From positions 13,164 through 51,216 of the forward strand of contig NMRA01000065.1 of the NCBI GenBank assembly GCA_002633005.1: a DNA stretch of 38,053 bases, in the 5' to 3' direction. The notes below the pieces were generated by a model. The model made no database searches. It was given only the letters and a program-made list of their open reading frames with translations, and was not told the DNA's origin. Position numbers and translations under genes: made by a program. The DNA comes from Phoronis australis (lineage: Eukaryota; Animalia; Phoronida). Below are positions 23,001 through 34,700 of this stretch, piece after piece (positions within the stretch are counted from its first letter, which is position 1; each line of letters opens with the position of its first letter).

Positions 23001-24407
23001 GCCTGGTAGATAATTGGCCTGCATGTTGTCATACCAGACAAAAGACTGTGCTTGGCAGTTAACAAAGGAGCTAGATGTTATCACAGGCTTACAACTGCTC
23101 TGTCCTGTTAAGTCACGCCCTAATGAAAGTTTGGTCGCCATACTCCAATCTTAATAGGTGTTGCTTATGCATTTCTTACTTAAACGAATACTATCGGTTG
23201 TTTTGTTGCATCTTTCAAGTCATCATCCAATCAGAATTGAGCACATCTCATAAATTTTTAATGAGTTTCGTTGGCTGATCCAATATGTATGATTACTTCC
23301 TGTGAAAAACTGCCATGCTGTTCACAACTCTTTGCTGTGACAGCAGCAGAGCGCTATATTTGCGTGTTTGGGGGAGTAATTCCGGCATTTTGTGTTTCGT
23401 CTATAGCAGCTTCTGTTATGATATGACATGCGGATTTGGCACATTGTAGTGAACATTGAGTTTTGTCGTTTGCTTCGCAAAATCCTAAAGAGACTGGATT
23501 TGGCCAATTGAAATAAAATCTCAAGTGTTTTTTGAGTTGCTAATGATTTTGATATTCTACTTTGTAAACGGAAATAGAAATAATAATATCACATTTTGTC
23601 CTGGCCAAATTTGAATTTTGGCTAGCTAAACACTGCAAAATACAACTTTTATTTAACGGACTCCTAAAATGGCCGTGAAGAACCATAAGATTGAACTTGG
23701 ATTGGATGATCTTCAAATTGGATAATGGGGTAGGAGTAGTATCCATGTACACCAGATGCCATTGTGATTTTTGTACAGTGACGCATTTGAAATTGTGGTC
23801 TAAACGAGCCGAGTTTTATAATGAGGGCGGAACACAATTTCTTTCATTCTCAGACATTTCACAGCATTGGACTTTTTTACCTAAACATTCCACTGGACAA
23901 CAATGGGGATTCGACTACTTTGGGATGGGAAAGAATTAAAAAAAACGTGATATTGCACTTAATATTCTTCTCCCAAGTTATTAAATGTAGGAGGCGATTT
24001 ACGTTACTTTATTTTCGAAATACTCCAACGCCATCTAACAGAGCAAATTTCATTGTGTCGCCGGTATATCAGAAAATGGCTGTTGTACAAACTGTCAGTT
24101 AACTGCTCTAAATGGCACGCATGTATTGGTCATTTCAGAGGGCGGGGAAGAGTACTTTGGTGGTCTGGATATCCAACACAACTACAAAAAGTTACTAAGT
24201 GCATGTGAGACACCTGCATTTACCAACTTCACCTGCGGCTTCCGCGGGTGCCTGGACTACATCTTCATAGATTCCAAACACCTGGAAACAGAACAGATTA
24301 TCCCTCTTCCTAGCGAAGAAGTTGTCACCCAGCATATTGCTCTGCCGAATATTGTCTTTCCATCAGACCACTTAGCATTAGTTTGTGATGTAAAGTGGAA
24401 GGACTAG
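13850..24407 (+). CDS. PDE12: 2',5'-phosphodiesterase 12 (mitochondrial deadenylase, EEP/CCR4-nocturnin family), 8 coding exons, 611 aa
   Basis: Exons 13850-14007, 15846-16544, 17099-17238, 17973-18135, 19435-19567, 20149-20307, 21254-21368, 24139-24407. All introns are GT-AG and phase-compatible; total 1836 nt. Motifs: VRC..S....MSF N-terminus, YTPSVDDIG, GPGLCPFEDRH, SYNVLAD, ICLQE, NTH, CGDFNS, GCLDYIF, FPSDH. Confidence 0.93.
14169..14602 (+). mobile_element. TRIM (miniature non-autonomous LTR retrotransposon) with tRNA-like sequence in the LTR (Helenus-like)
   Basis: 5' LTR 14169-14323 (TGTTGTA...TACTACA). PBS TGGCGTAGTCGGCA at 14326-14339. PPT AGGAAAGGGGGGAA at 14548-14561. 3' LTR 14562-14602 is shortened across the N at 14569. 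TSD GCTA at 14165-14168 and 14603-14606. A box TAGCTGAATGG at 14241-14251 and B box GGTTCGATCCC at 14284-14294. Confidence 0.85.
15846..16544 (+). CDS. PDE12: PDE12 exon 2
   Basis: Acceptor CTTTTACAG, open frame LPGKKEKSFNLNRLKSEELGKCLERIS...GPGLCPFEDRH, donor TG|GTGAGA. Confidence 0.9.
17099..17238 (+). CDS. PDE12: PDE12 exon 3
   Basis: Acceptor CTTTCAG; LRMVSYNVLADYYADSDFSREHLFPQCPPYALNIDYRKQLFLKEIL; donor G|GTATTG. Confidence 0.92.
17284..17376. repeat. Foldback hairpin (~35-bp arms) in PDE12 intron 3
   Basis: TCTGATATAACGTGCCTGCATTTTGAGAACCAGTT ... AACTGGTTCTCAAAATGCGGGCATGTTTTATCAGA. Confidence 0.75.
17734..17808. repeat. Perfect 37-bp tandem duplication
   Basis: AATGTCAATGTTTATTCATATTTTTGTGATTTATTTA x2 (starts 17734 and 17771). 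Confidence 0.9.
17973..18135 (+). CDS. PDE12: PDE12 exon 4
   Basis: GYNADLICLQEMDK...KAGQVPEGCAMFFRESK; AG/GT boundaries. Confidence 0.92.
18279..18534. mobile_element. hAT-like MITE (same family as 21464-21962)
   Basis: CTGGGCTTGAAATT ... GGTCATTCCAAGCCCT; flanks TTTAAG/TTCAAG. Confidence 0.5.
18617..18848. mobile_element. MITE with ~30-bp TIRs (PIF/Harbinger-like)
   Basis: GTGTGTTTCATGAAAAGTGAGTTAGGACTT ... AAGTCTTGGCTCACTTTTCATGAAACAGAC. Confidence 0.65.
19435..19567 (+). CDS. PDE12: PDE12 exon 5
   Basis: Acceptor TTTCCAG; LVAQHDVDFSDSLGNDEAYEDLLEAVSRSEPLKTNILAKSTTLQ; donor CAG|GTATTT. Not in the ORF track; phase-compatible with both neighbours. Confidence 0.85.
20149..20307 (+). CDS. 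PDE12: PDE12 exon 6
   Basis: VAVLDYVERPGKKLVAMNTHFYFHPKSAHIRLIH...; donor ACG|GTAATG. Confidence 0.9.
21254..21368 (+). CDS. PDE12: PDE12 exon 7 (catalytic GDFN motif)
   Basis: GEPPAVVFCGDFNSTPETGFYTFITDNRLMADHPDWWA; acceptor TTCCAG, donor G|GTTTGT. Confidence 0.9.
21464..21962. mobile_element. hAT-like MITE (~500 bp) in PDE12 intron 7
   Basis: CAGGACTTGGAATT ... CATTTCAAGCCCTG, with AATAAG directly on both sides and internal TTTCCGCG subterminal repeats. Confidence 0.65.
22605..23115. mobile_element. Copy 1 of a ~520-bp MITE family (right TIR lost)
   Basis: Collinear with 24760-25260 along its length (TTACGGCGTTTTCCCGTTG...GGCCAGCTCTCTTTTGTTCGATAATTGCTC...GCTAGATGTTATCACA). Confidence 0.8.
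24139..24407 (+). CDS. PDE12: PDE12 exon 8 (terminal)
   Basis: ...FTNFTCGFRGCLDYIFID...HIALPNIVFPSDHLALVCDVKWKD*. Confidence 0.93.
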
Positions 24408-24759
24408 CAGGCTATACGTTGTACAACTACTTATGGACATCACACACAGTTCCATTTTTAAAGACCTCTGTCTGTATTTCTTGGAATGTATGTCAGAGGG
24501 CAAGTCTAATTGTTCACAATTAAACTGTGGGTAAAATTGATTTGCTGTTGTTTAAATTTGGTCAGCTCTACTTTAATTTCTAATCTTATGATTACTTTAG
24601 GCTCATTATTTTATTCATAAAGTGTCTTGTCAGCTACTAGAATCACGGATTGTTTCTGATGGAAGATCTGTAGAACCCCTGATTAATCATATGTTAATTA
24701 TATTTTCTTTCTCCAAAATGTCATTAACTTCTAGGAGCACTTCGCTGCTCTCTAGCCAT

Positions 24760-25286
24760 TACGGCGTTTTCCCGTTGCTCCCAACTTGTTCAATTCCATA
24801 GCCCAACAACAGGTTGGGAAGATAACCCCTGTAGCCAATATCTAACATGACTAAGTCCATTCTGGCATTATTAGTAGGAGGGCCAGCTCTCTTTTGTTCG
24901 ATAATTGCTCTAATCTCCAATAAGATCGTGTCTGTCCTGACTGGACTGTGCTGTTAAAAATTAAAAGTTAAGCTATAACATATTTGAACATAAATCAATA
25001 GCATTTCTGAAATCCTCGTCAGATGGTGATCATGTTTAATTTTTGAATCGCCAAAATCACCCAACTACAACCGAAGTTACCACAATCTATTTTTTCCGAA
25101 CGTACCAATTCGCTTTGGGTTTGACTGTGTTCAAATGTGGTCTGTAATAAGCCTGGTAGATAATTGGCCTGCCTGTTGTCATGCCAGACAAAATACTGTG
25201 CTTGGCAGTTAACACAGAAGCTAGATGTTATCACACACTCACAACCCTCTATGTCTGGTAAAATCACTCAACGGGAAAACACTGTC
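24760..25286. mobile_element. Copy 2 of the ~520-bp MITE family, both TIRs present, downstream of the PDE12 stop
   Basis: ACGGCGTTTTCCCGTTG ... CAACGGGAAAACACTGT; direct-orientation homolog of 22605-23115. Confidence 0.8.
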
Positions 25287-25873
25287 ATGGATCAATGTTG
25301 AATTCATAACCAAAGTGCTTACTAGGGGTTTAAAAAGATCATCACGCTGATCTGATTTTGAATTGATATTGAATAAACCAGTCACAAGTGGCAAAGCAAA
25401 CACATGACATTTTCAAATTAATTCCTAAGTTGAGTGTTTGCCAGCCGCAACTACGTAAGCCTGAAGTGTTCTTGAGTGCTGATGGTTTCGATATTGTTGA
25501 TGGAAATAGGATCCTGCAAGGAATGTGAGGAGACTGATTTTATGAAAATGAAAGCCCTATTCATTTTTATTTATTTTTTATCTGGCTAAACAGGGTGAAA
25601 TACATATTTAGTAATTGTGGCATAAGACATTTGGCCTTCTTCATTTCTGTAGCGTCATTGAGTGATAATTCACACAGTGCCCAATTTTAACCAAATACTT
25701 CATTCTGTGTGGAATGGACTTTGAATCAGGGAACAAATGGTGTACGTAGGAAGTAAATCGAATTTGACATTGCAGTGTATACGTCTTTTCCACCTCAGGC
25801 TTCTTCACATTAAAGGACAATATTTGTTATGCACTTACGCAATTATTTAAATGTGGGTGCATTATGACATCAT

Positions 25874-26627
25874 CTCTGTCTGTCTGGCGTCTGCTGCTTT
25901 ATCTCCAAAATCCTTTGATGTACGTTCATGAAATTTTCCACAATTAGTGTTCCTTTCACGGATTGGACAGCATGAGCGAACTTTTGGACAGGTCTGATTA
26001 CCAATGTGCCCCCTAGTGGCAATTTTATTTTTTTATGTTTACCTCAGTCTGTATTTTCAAAGGTCCTCAAATGATTTTCATAAAATTTGGGAAATAGGTA
26101 TCCATTAGTGGGATGACATTACCCTCCCATTTTCGGGTGGATTCGAGGTATTTTGTGCTACTTAGTGGTCAGTTTTAGTGTTTTCAAGTCTGTTTTTTGG
26201 CGTTGCCCCTTTATCAACCAAACCACATTGAGGGTGTTGCTTCTATATCTGCCAAACCATGCAGAGGATCATGAAAATTGGTAAATGTGTCCCTACTGAA
26301 AAAGAGCATGACTGATGTGGGTTTTCAAATGGGTCCAATTACTGTGGTGCCCTCTGACTTTTTTCACATCAACGTTGTATCTCGTATAACCCTTGCAATT
26401 TTTTTTTTTGAATTTTGCGATTGCATTCCTAATGGCAGTTTTTTATTGCCTTCGCTTCCTTGGAATTCTTTGAAGGACTTTTTTTAAATTTGGCAAATAG
26501 TTTTGAGAGACGATACCTTCCTATTTTTGGATGGGTTCAATGTATTCTGAGCCATCAATTTAAAAGCATATCCATTTGCGGAGCAGGCATGGATGCATTT
26601 CAACGCTCTGCGTTGCTCTTGTCTAGT
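25874..26627. mobile_element. HINE/pearl-like non-autonomous element with internal tandem repeats (inverted relative to 28760-29950)
   Basis: Starts with a CTGTCTGTCTG microsatellite and ends CATTTCAACGCTCTGCGTTGCTCTTGT. The reverse complement matches 28763 (ACAAGAGCAACGCGGAACGTTGAAATG) and 29230-29940. Confidence 0.65.
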
Positions 26628-28455
26628 GTTTCTCACTGTGTACTCTGGCATAATTGCCCTCCATGTTTGCCACCCATAACTATAACTACTGACAAAATAT
26701 TTATTAAAATCAGTTTAAAACTTTAATACACAAAACAGATTCTGAACCAAACCTGATGCATGTAATAATAGAATACATTTTGGCCTAGTATTCTAGAGCA
26801 CTTTACCTCACACTTCATTGTAAACCAATAAATACATTGTTAAATAGTGCAACATCTATTAGGATATACTCATGCAAGTTAATGCCTAGGGGACTACAAA
26901 ATCAGAAGGGTGTCGAGCTAAGCGTGGACATTTGAAACAAAATTTTGAGTTAAGTGGGTGCATTTTCCTGTTTGAGTAAAACGAGGTGTTATTGCATTAG
27001 TTACTCAAAAGTAAATGAGTTTCGTATGGTTTGCAAGCTAACCTGTACATGACAAGCATTTAGACACAAGCAGTTGTATTAAATAAGGGCGAGTATAGAG
27101 CATGATGAACAGTTGCACATGGATGTTCATGAAGATGAGTACGGTACTTTGATGATAAGTACTTGCACTGTCTTACTGAGCGTATGTTTGCTCTAATAAC
27201 CTTGGCAAGGGTTGACCAGTGTTCGCCTGATAGTATTGAAAGGATCCTTTTTGTAATCCAAGCCAAAAGGCTGTGCTAACCTACAGTCATGTTTACAGAC
27301 CATTGCCATGCTCAAATGCTAACAGACTGCATAAATGACCAGATCAGTTTGTTATCCTGGTAAGGAGTGAGCGAGATCAAAACTTAGAATATAAGTTGTT
27401 ATCTGTAGTTGTATGACTTCTTACCCTAGCGCAAAGCTGCTTTACACAACTCTTTGGTGTTTGTCTCTACAAAGATTAATTCATTATTAGAAATTAACTA
27501 TTCCATGCAACCTTATATTTTAGTGGGCAACTTTTTATCCACTAGGTGGTGCTAATGAGTAAAATTTCCTGTTTTTAATATGTGAATAGATTGAGAGCAG
27601 AAAGTAATCCATCAGCATGGGTTGTTAGTGTGATAAAGGATATGAATACAGACATTTCTATCTAGTGAATTACCGCAGTTCCCCATTAACTTTAAAATAA
27701 TGATAGAATAAGCACATCCCAACTCCACAACTGCAGATACGACAGGAATAAGAAGAAAGCTAGATTTAGAACCATCAACAACATGATTTCTAACATCTGT
27801 AACTGACCTAGCTATGTTAGGAATATTCAAAAGTGATATACACATAGCGCCATCTACAATTATCTAGATTGTAGTTAACTTTAAAAGTGCACCACCTGAA
27901 CAGCTGTATTGCAGGCACGCACAGTAATCGTTCTTTTCAAAAACCCATATCAAAAATGTAGATTATGTCACTTAGTTGTAGCAGATAAAAATGTCAAAGC
28001 CTTATATTCAAAACACAATAGAGATTAAAATTAAAAGGTAATTAAGCAAACAGTAAAAAGGTAGAAGGCAACAGCATTTACACATTCATCAACTAATCTT
28101 CGCAGAAATTGTAAACCTTGGTTATCACATTTCACCATAAATTCCCGTTTCTCCTGCTGCTGTTATCAGCAATAGTCACATACCAAGGTCCCACAATTTG
28201 AGAACCTTCTGCATAACAGGCACCAAACTGGTTCTCAACATCTGAAACACCTCTGTAAGTGACTATTCCCCTATTTGTGCAAGCTACAACATGATGTTTC
28301 ACACATGTTGTTTCTGCATTTACTCCATTCAACCAATATAGCAGCTGACTCAACATTGAGCTCAGCAGTCAGTGTAGTAGTTAGCTCTTCCCTTCAGTGT
28401 ACATTAAAAGGAATGCAGTTTCAATCACTGCCAACACTACAAGTAGACTCCCATT

Positions 28456-28728
28456 TTATGGACCAGCATTCATGGGACCGACAATCAACTGATCAAAATC
28501 GACTGTTAGATGGGCGTTCTTCATATCGCGCAGAGTGCGTAGATAGTCGAAGGACATTTTGTGATTGACGTTGGCCAGCCCTAAGGTACTGTAGAGATCT
28601 CTGAGGCCGTCTGAACGAGCATTCTCCAAGGTGGCTGTGTAGTTTGCATTGGCTTTTGACAGGATCAGTGTAGCCTGTGCAGTTGCATTCTGCTTGATCA
28701 CTTGTGCTTGGTTGTGTATTTCATTTAC
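28456..28728 (-). CDS. SPFH protein, last exon
   Basis: Acceptor TTTACCCCGCAG; [19 protein letters not shown]...[15 protein letters not shown]. Confidence 0.85.
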   Translation of the reverse strand, partial: VNEIHNQAQVIKQNATAQATLILSKANANYTATLENARSDGLRDLYSTLGLANVNHKMSFDYLRTLRDMKNAHLTVDFDQLIVGPMNAGP

Positions 28729-31700
28729 CTGCGGGGTAAAGAGATTCAAAACATTAGTAACTACAAGAGCAACGCGGAACGTTGAAATGCGCCCATGAAT
28801 GCACCGCGAACGGAGTGCGTCTAGGGTTGATTATTTGCATCGTAAAAATGATCACTAGATGGCGCAAAAATGTCCAATACATTCGAAAATGGGAAGTCCC
28901 ATCCCTTCTCTAATTACTATTTACCAAAGCTGTCACGGATCTTCAGAGAAACAAAGAAAAACAAAAAAAAATTAAATTGCCACTAACGTGCACAGCATTC
29001 CTTGGATCTGTCTAAAAGTCGTCATTGTTTGTTAGCTTTATAGAGATACACTCACTAAATTTAATAAAGATTCTGCAGTGGGCGTAAAATAAAACTACCA
29101 CTAGGAGGCACCACAGTATTCAAAGTCATCGCCAACCGTCCTTTTCACACTGAGAACATATACGCCAATTTTCCAAATCATCTTTAGAATTGATTGGTTG
29201 ATAGATGGTGGCTTCAGAACCAGCAAAAATGGCCAGTAGGTGGCGCAAAATACCTCGATTTCATCCGAAAACGGGAGCCGGGAGGGTAGTGTCATCTCAC
29301 CAATAGATGCCTGGATTCCAAATTTTATGAAAATTCGTTAAAGACCTTTGGAGATACAGACTGAGGTAAATGTAAAAAATTAAAATTGCAACTAGGGGGC
29401 TCACAAGTAGTCAGATCCGTCCAAAAGCTGTGGTTGTCTGTTGCCAATATCATATAAATACACTTGCTAAATTTAGTAAAGATCTTACAAACGGTTTAGG
29501 AGATATAGCCATGGCCGCAAAAAAACAAAAGTGCCACTAGGAGGCGCCGCAGTAGTCAAAGTCATTGGAAAATCATCGACAGCTGTCCTCTTCCTAGTAA
29601 GAACAAACATGCCAATTTTCACAATCATCCTTAGAGCAGTTTGATTGATAGAAGTGTGGACACCAAAACAGTAAAAATGGCCATTAGGTGGTGCAAACTA
29701 TGTCGAATCCATCCGAAAATGGGAGGATAGCGTCATCTCACTAATAGATGGCTATATGCCATATTTTATGAAAATACATTGAGGACCTTTGAAGATACAG
29801 AGGTAAATGTAAAAAACTAAAATTGCCCCTAGGGGGCACACCGGTAGTCAGATCAGTCCAAAAGTTTGCTCATGCCGTCCCATTCATGTGATGAACATAC
29901 GTCAAGCAGGTTTGGAGATAGAGCAGCGGACACTGCCCAGACGGACTGAGAAGGCGTGAAATGTCTGTAAAGACTGCCCAGTTGAGCTGACAAAATAGTC
30001 TACTCGTGAAAAAGTATTTCAACTATGAACTCAGGTACGTTAATTTACAACAGGTGCTCTAAATGTCTATCGTCAGCATCTAAGTACAACTAGTGGTTTT
30101 GAACAAAAAATACACGCTGATCTATGGAATACATGAGTCGAGTGCAAAATTGACACTCTGTCGAAAAATGGTGAAAAGCGGCGTTGAACACTTTTCGTAC
30201 CGAGCGCTACATTAGCTCCCTAAGTTCAAGTAAAAAAATATTAGCAAAAGTTGTTTAAATGACAATTTTCAACTGCTATGTAATGAACAGCTGTTGTAGA
30301 GTTTTGTGATATATCTTTAAGTACTGATTATTCCTCATTTCCATTCTCGTGGAAATCTCAATCAAACTTGGCATTGGAGTGTCGACTGTCGAGCTTAACT
30401 AGTTTCACGCTGACTGACTGACACATAAACACGAAAACATGAAATCTTTATGACTATTGAAATCATACGTCTGGAAACTTTCTGTTCTGTTTATTGTTGT
30501 AGAAATAACTTAGCATAGTGATCGTACCACTACAATATTAGTACTTAAACTGCAGAGTGAAAAAGTCAATTTAAACAGTAACTCAGTTGAGGAGCATTTG
30601 ACTTTAATAAAAGAACCTTTGTCACTGTCTATCATGGCACAGTAATTCATCTAGCCAAGAACCTGAAGCCATGGTCATACAGTTTTGTGTCCGACATATG
30701 AACCACTAGACTGGCGCTAGACTTTTATAGCCAAAATGGCTAAAGCATCTGAAAACGTTTAGCCATTTTCAAAAATTATTAGCTTATTTTACTATCTCTT
30801 TTCGCAACTCCCACAATTGATTAATAATACATAAATTCGATCTTCCCGGCATCGTCCGCGCCTTTTACTCCTTGAAAAGAAAATCTGTAAGTGTCAAGTC
30901 TCAAATAATATTTAGCACGACAAATTATGCACTGAAAATTGGTAAAGCTACTATTTGAGTCAGCTCAACTCAGTTCAGTCTTATCCCTTGGGTAACTTAA
31001 TAACGTCAGACCGCCTCACACCATATCGCGAGTTTAAAAGTTATTGAGAGACTGGATTGCGTTTGCCACTGAAATACTTTCTATTTGTTGTTTTGCCACT
31101 AGCAGACGACAAGCGGCAGCACATTTACGACATCTCGCTATGAAGTGAGAAATGGTAAAAGAGTGATTTCAGGGGGAGTGACGAACATGAACATTTGCTC
31201 GTTATTTTTAGTATTTTGAATCCAAGGAGATTGTCATTTGAGATGCAACTTGATTCGAGCTGACTGTGAGTCGACTCGCGAGTAGGTTTCCCCAAAATAT
31301 CTGTATTGTCAAGTTCCGAAAGTATTCAAAAAGTTTGCAAATAGACTTAAGTTAGCTCTACCATCGCCACTGCCGCTCAGAATTCACCAATAGCGAGCTG
31401 GCGAGCGGCTAGCACAAGCCTAAAACCACAAGACATGCCTTTCAGTCTTACCTCCTGTTCAGTTACTTTCCTAACAACCTGTGCCTCTTGGATGAAAACC
31501 TCCTTGCTGTTCTCTTCATTGAGAACAAGAGCTTGTAGAAACCGGTCTTCTACATCAAATGGAATGTTGATATAGCCCAACTGGAAGTAACCCACGGTTG
31601 CATAGAGTCCAAAGTTAGTGCAGGACGATCGAGGAGTACAGCCAGGCACACAGTTACCTACAAGAAACAAACATGAAGAGAATTACTCTGCGTTTACCAG

Positions 31701-34700
31701 CAGTCTTTCTGGTTTTTATTTTTTCTTAATATCGTGCTCCTTTCTGACCTTTTCTAGTGATTAATAACTCTCAAACAACTCAACTTCCAACTTTGAAACT
31801 TTCAAGTACATTTGTGCCCTCCATAATTTTAAAAAATATATTTTTGATTCATAATGCACCGGAAGTGGTCAATAAGTGCAAAGGTCATCTAATTTTCAAA
31901 ATGCTATTTTTGCTACATTTTTCAAGGTATTCTTTTCGATTTCAGTATACAGCTGTAATTTTACATAATTGTCAACATGTCAATCAAATGCATTACTTCA
32001 TCCAATCACATTAAATAGGTCAAATGTCATTGAGTGCAAGCTAAGATTTTGAGCTAAACACTTCAAATTCATATATTTGGTTGGTACATGTAATTGAGTG
32101 ACAATTCCAAAGTTTCAGGTCATTTGGTGCAACCATGGGGTCGTTAAGTACATTTTTCTTTGGAAATTTTGACCTTTTCATTCAACATGTATTCAGATGT
32201 GTCAACAGTTAGACAACAGTGACTGTCAGCATTAAGCAAACTTTTCATGGACATCGCAATACTTCCACTACAAAGGCTTCTAAAGCACCGAAAAGGTCAA
32301 ATACTACAAAGGATCTCTAATTTCATTTTCATTTTTATTCTACTATGCCAACATTTAAATGTGTGTGATTTAGCATGATCCGCATTTTTTATTTTCTTGA
32401 CTGTACAGTTCTACTAGCCTGCACAAGCCACTGGAAAGGTTGTAAACTTTCCAAAAAGTCTCAGTCACACAGTCATAATCTCTTTCTGACGACAATCTTT
32501 CTAGTTACCCTCCATTCTGTCAAGTTCTGAGTGAGGCGGCAACTCAGCTGAGAGATTCAGACTGGCCGGACTGGCCACAAAACTCAAACAGGACTCAGTA
32601 AATAACAATGTGGCTGATCCAAACGGAACAAGATCAGTTAGAATGGGTCATGTAGCATGTGAAATTTAGCACAAACTTTGGAACAACTCTTCATAAACGT
32701 GGAGTGAAAGTCGGTCAAAAAGTGTTTTTTGAAAACGTCGATACCATACACTGGCATCATCACTGAACCACCCACCTTTCTGGTCACAGCCAGGAGCACA
32801 ACAGGGCCCACCCAGTCGATCTCTGACAGCTTTAAACAGAATCTGCTCAATTTCAGTTCGGTTGCTGATGAATTCTCTCGTAGTGAAAATAGTGGCAGCC
32901 CCCTGAAAGTTCAAAGATCAGAGCTATATAAAAAACCATTTCCCTATATCTCAATAATGCACTATTGGAATACAACAAATTTTTAGAGACATTAATTTTT
33001 ATTGAATTAACTGGATACCTGTCCAGATTATACTTTAAAAATCATAATACGATTAGTGTTTCTTGATCATACCGACACTACCAAGTCAACATTACACAGT
33101 ACACCAAATGATAAAAACTGGTAAACCAAGTTGTCATTAGCAAAAAGTGATTCTTCTTTCTTGTTTGACATGCAGTATGGCAGAATGGTGAAATTTAGTT
33201 CCAGCTTAAAGTTTACAGCTGGTCAGTAGACATTGGATTTCCCAGTTTGGTTATCCAATCAGTGGTTGGATGTTTGTTTATAATAGTCATCTGGTTTCCA
33301 TGGAGCAACTTAGAATAAGCCGCAAATTTCAACCAAACTTACAAAGTATGAAGTGAGCTTGTATTACCATACCTTATCGATTTCTGGTGAAATCCACATG
33401 TGATGGACTCTGATAATCCTAAAATTTCTTTGAGGATTCATTGGGACAACGTCATTTTTGATCTTGTGACCTCAATTCTTTGTCTCAAGTGTAGGACTAT
33501 TTGTGAAATCGGTAGGCGCAGCCTGGCTGACAACTGAATTTGTTTGAAAATCTGATTTTATTTGTGAATTTTCTTAATGAAAATAAATAAGACAAAGTTG
33601 AACAGTGACTTCGTTAGTGACCCTGTAATGCATGTTCTGTCTAAAGGTTAGTGAAGATACACTGCAAATAAACATTTCCTATAAAACATTACATAACATT
33701 TCCGAGAAAGTTTTCCTTAAAATAATGTTCATTCAACCATCTGATGTCATAGAGGTGAATTACTGCTGATAGGCTAATAGGCTCACTTTCAATGCATCAA
33801 TTGCATTCGTCCTGAGTATGGGTTCGTAGTAGATGTCGTAAGCGTCATGAAGTTTGGCCAGATCTTCTTTTCGCAGAAAATACTGATACGTTGCTGACAA
33901 GGTAACCTGAAAGATAAAGAGATATACAATGACCAAAGTAAGGTGGAAAGGCCTCTATGCGCGGTTGCATGAAATGGCCTCAAATAGGAACTTGGCTAAG
34001 TTCCCTGAGTCTACTGCGTATTTGCTTGTGAAAACACCAATTGTCCGGTGTTATGATGTTTTAGTTTCATCACTAAGTCAATTTGAGGCTTTTATACAAA
34101 TCGAGAGTGAAGTCTGTACTGAATTCTCATTTAATTATTGAAAATAAACAGGTAAGGGATATTTTCATGCAACACCCCTAAGTTAAGGATTAACTCCCTA
34201 TTTATTTTCATTGAAATCAGGGCTCAGGTTTCAGATACGTTATTAGAATGTCATTAGTTAAAGAGGAGCTTATAATAAAGATGAAATGATAGAAAAATAA
34301 TAAGTCCATACAGACACAAATATGCAAATAATTTAAGAAATTTAGTCGACTCCCTATTTGGGCACTGAACCCCTAGGACTGTTTCCTTGCCCCCATTGAG
34401 GACGAACAGTTTGGTTTGCATCTAGATGAAACCTTTTTAAATTTCGAGACATCAAAGTTAAAAACTCAATGTTATGACAATTTGCACACCTTTAATATCC
34501 AGCTTGTGGTTCATGCTACAAATATTGCAATGTAAATTACATGATCATGGCAATTCAGGAACAGTTTAATCTCCCCCCATACCTCCAATTTATCCGCTGT
34601 AAAGATTGCAATGTTAGTCAGTCTTTCAAACTTGGCATCTGCTTTGAACACCTTAAATTCAAAGTCAGGTCCTACGCAGTATCTTCCTGTGGTATAAGTC

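Noticed and set aside
22869-25267. Similar minus-strand ORFs 22869-23141 and 25019-25267 suggesting paralogous genes
   Set aside because: The similarity derives from two copies of the same non-coding MITE.
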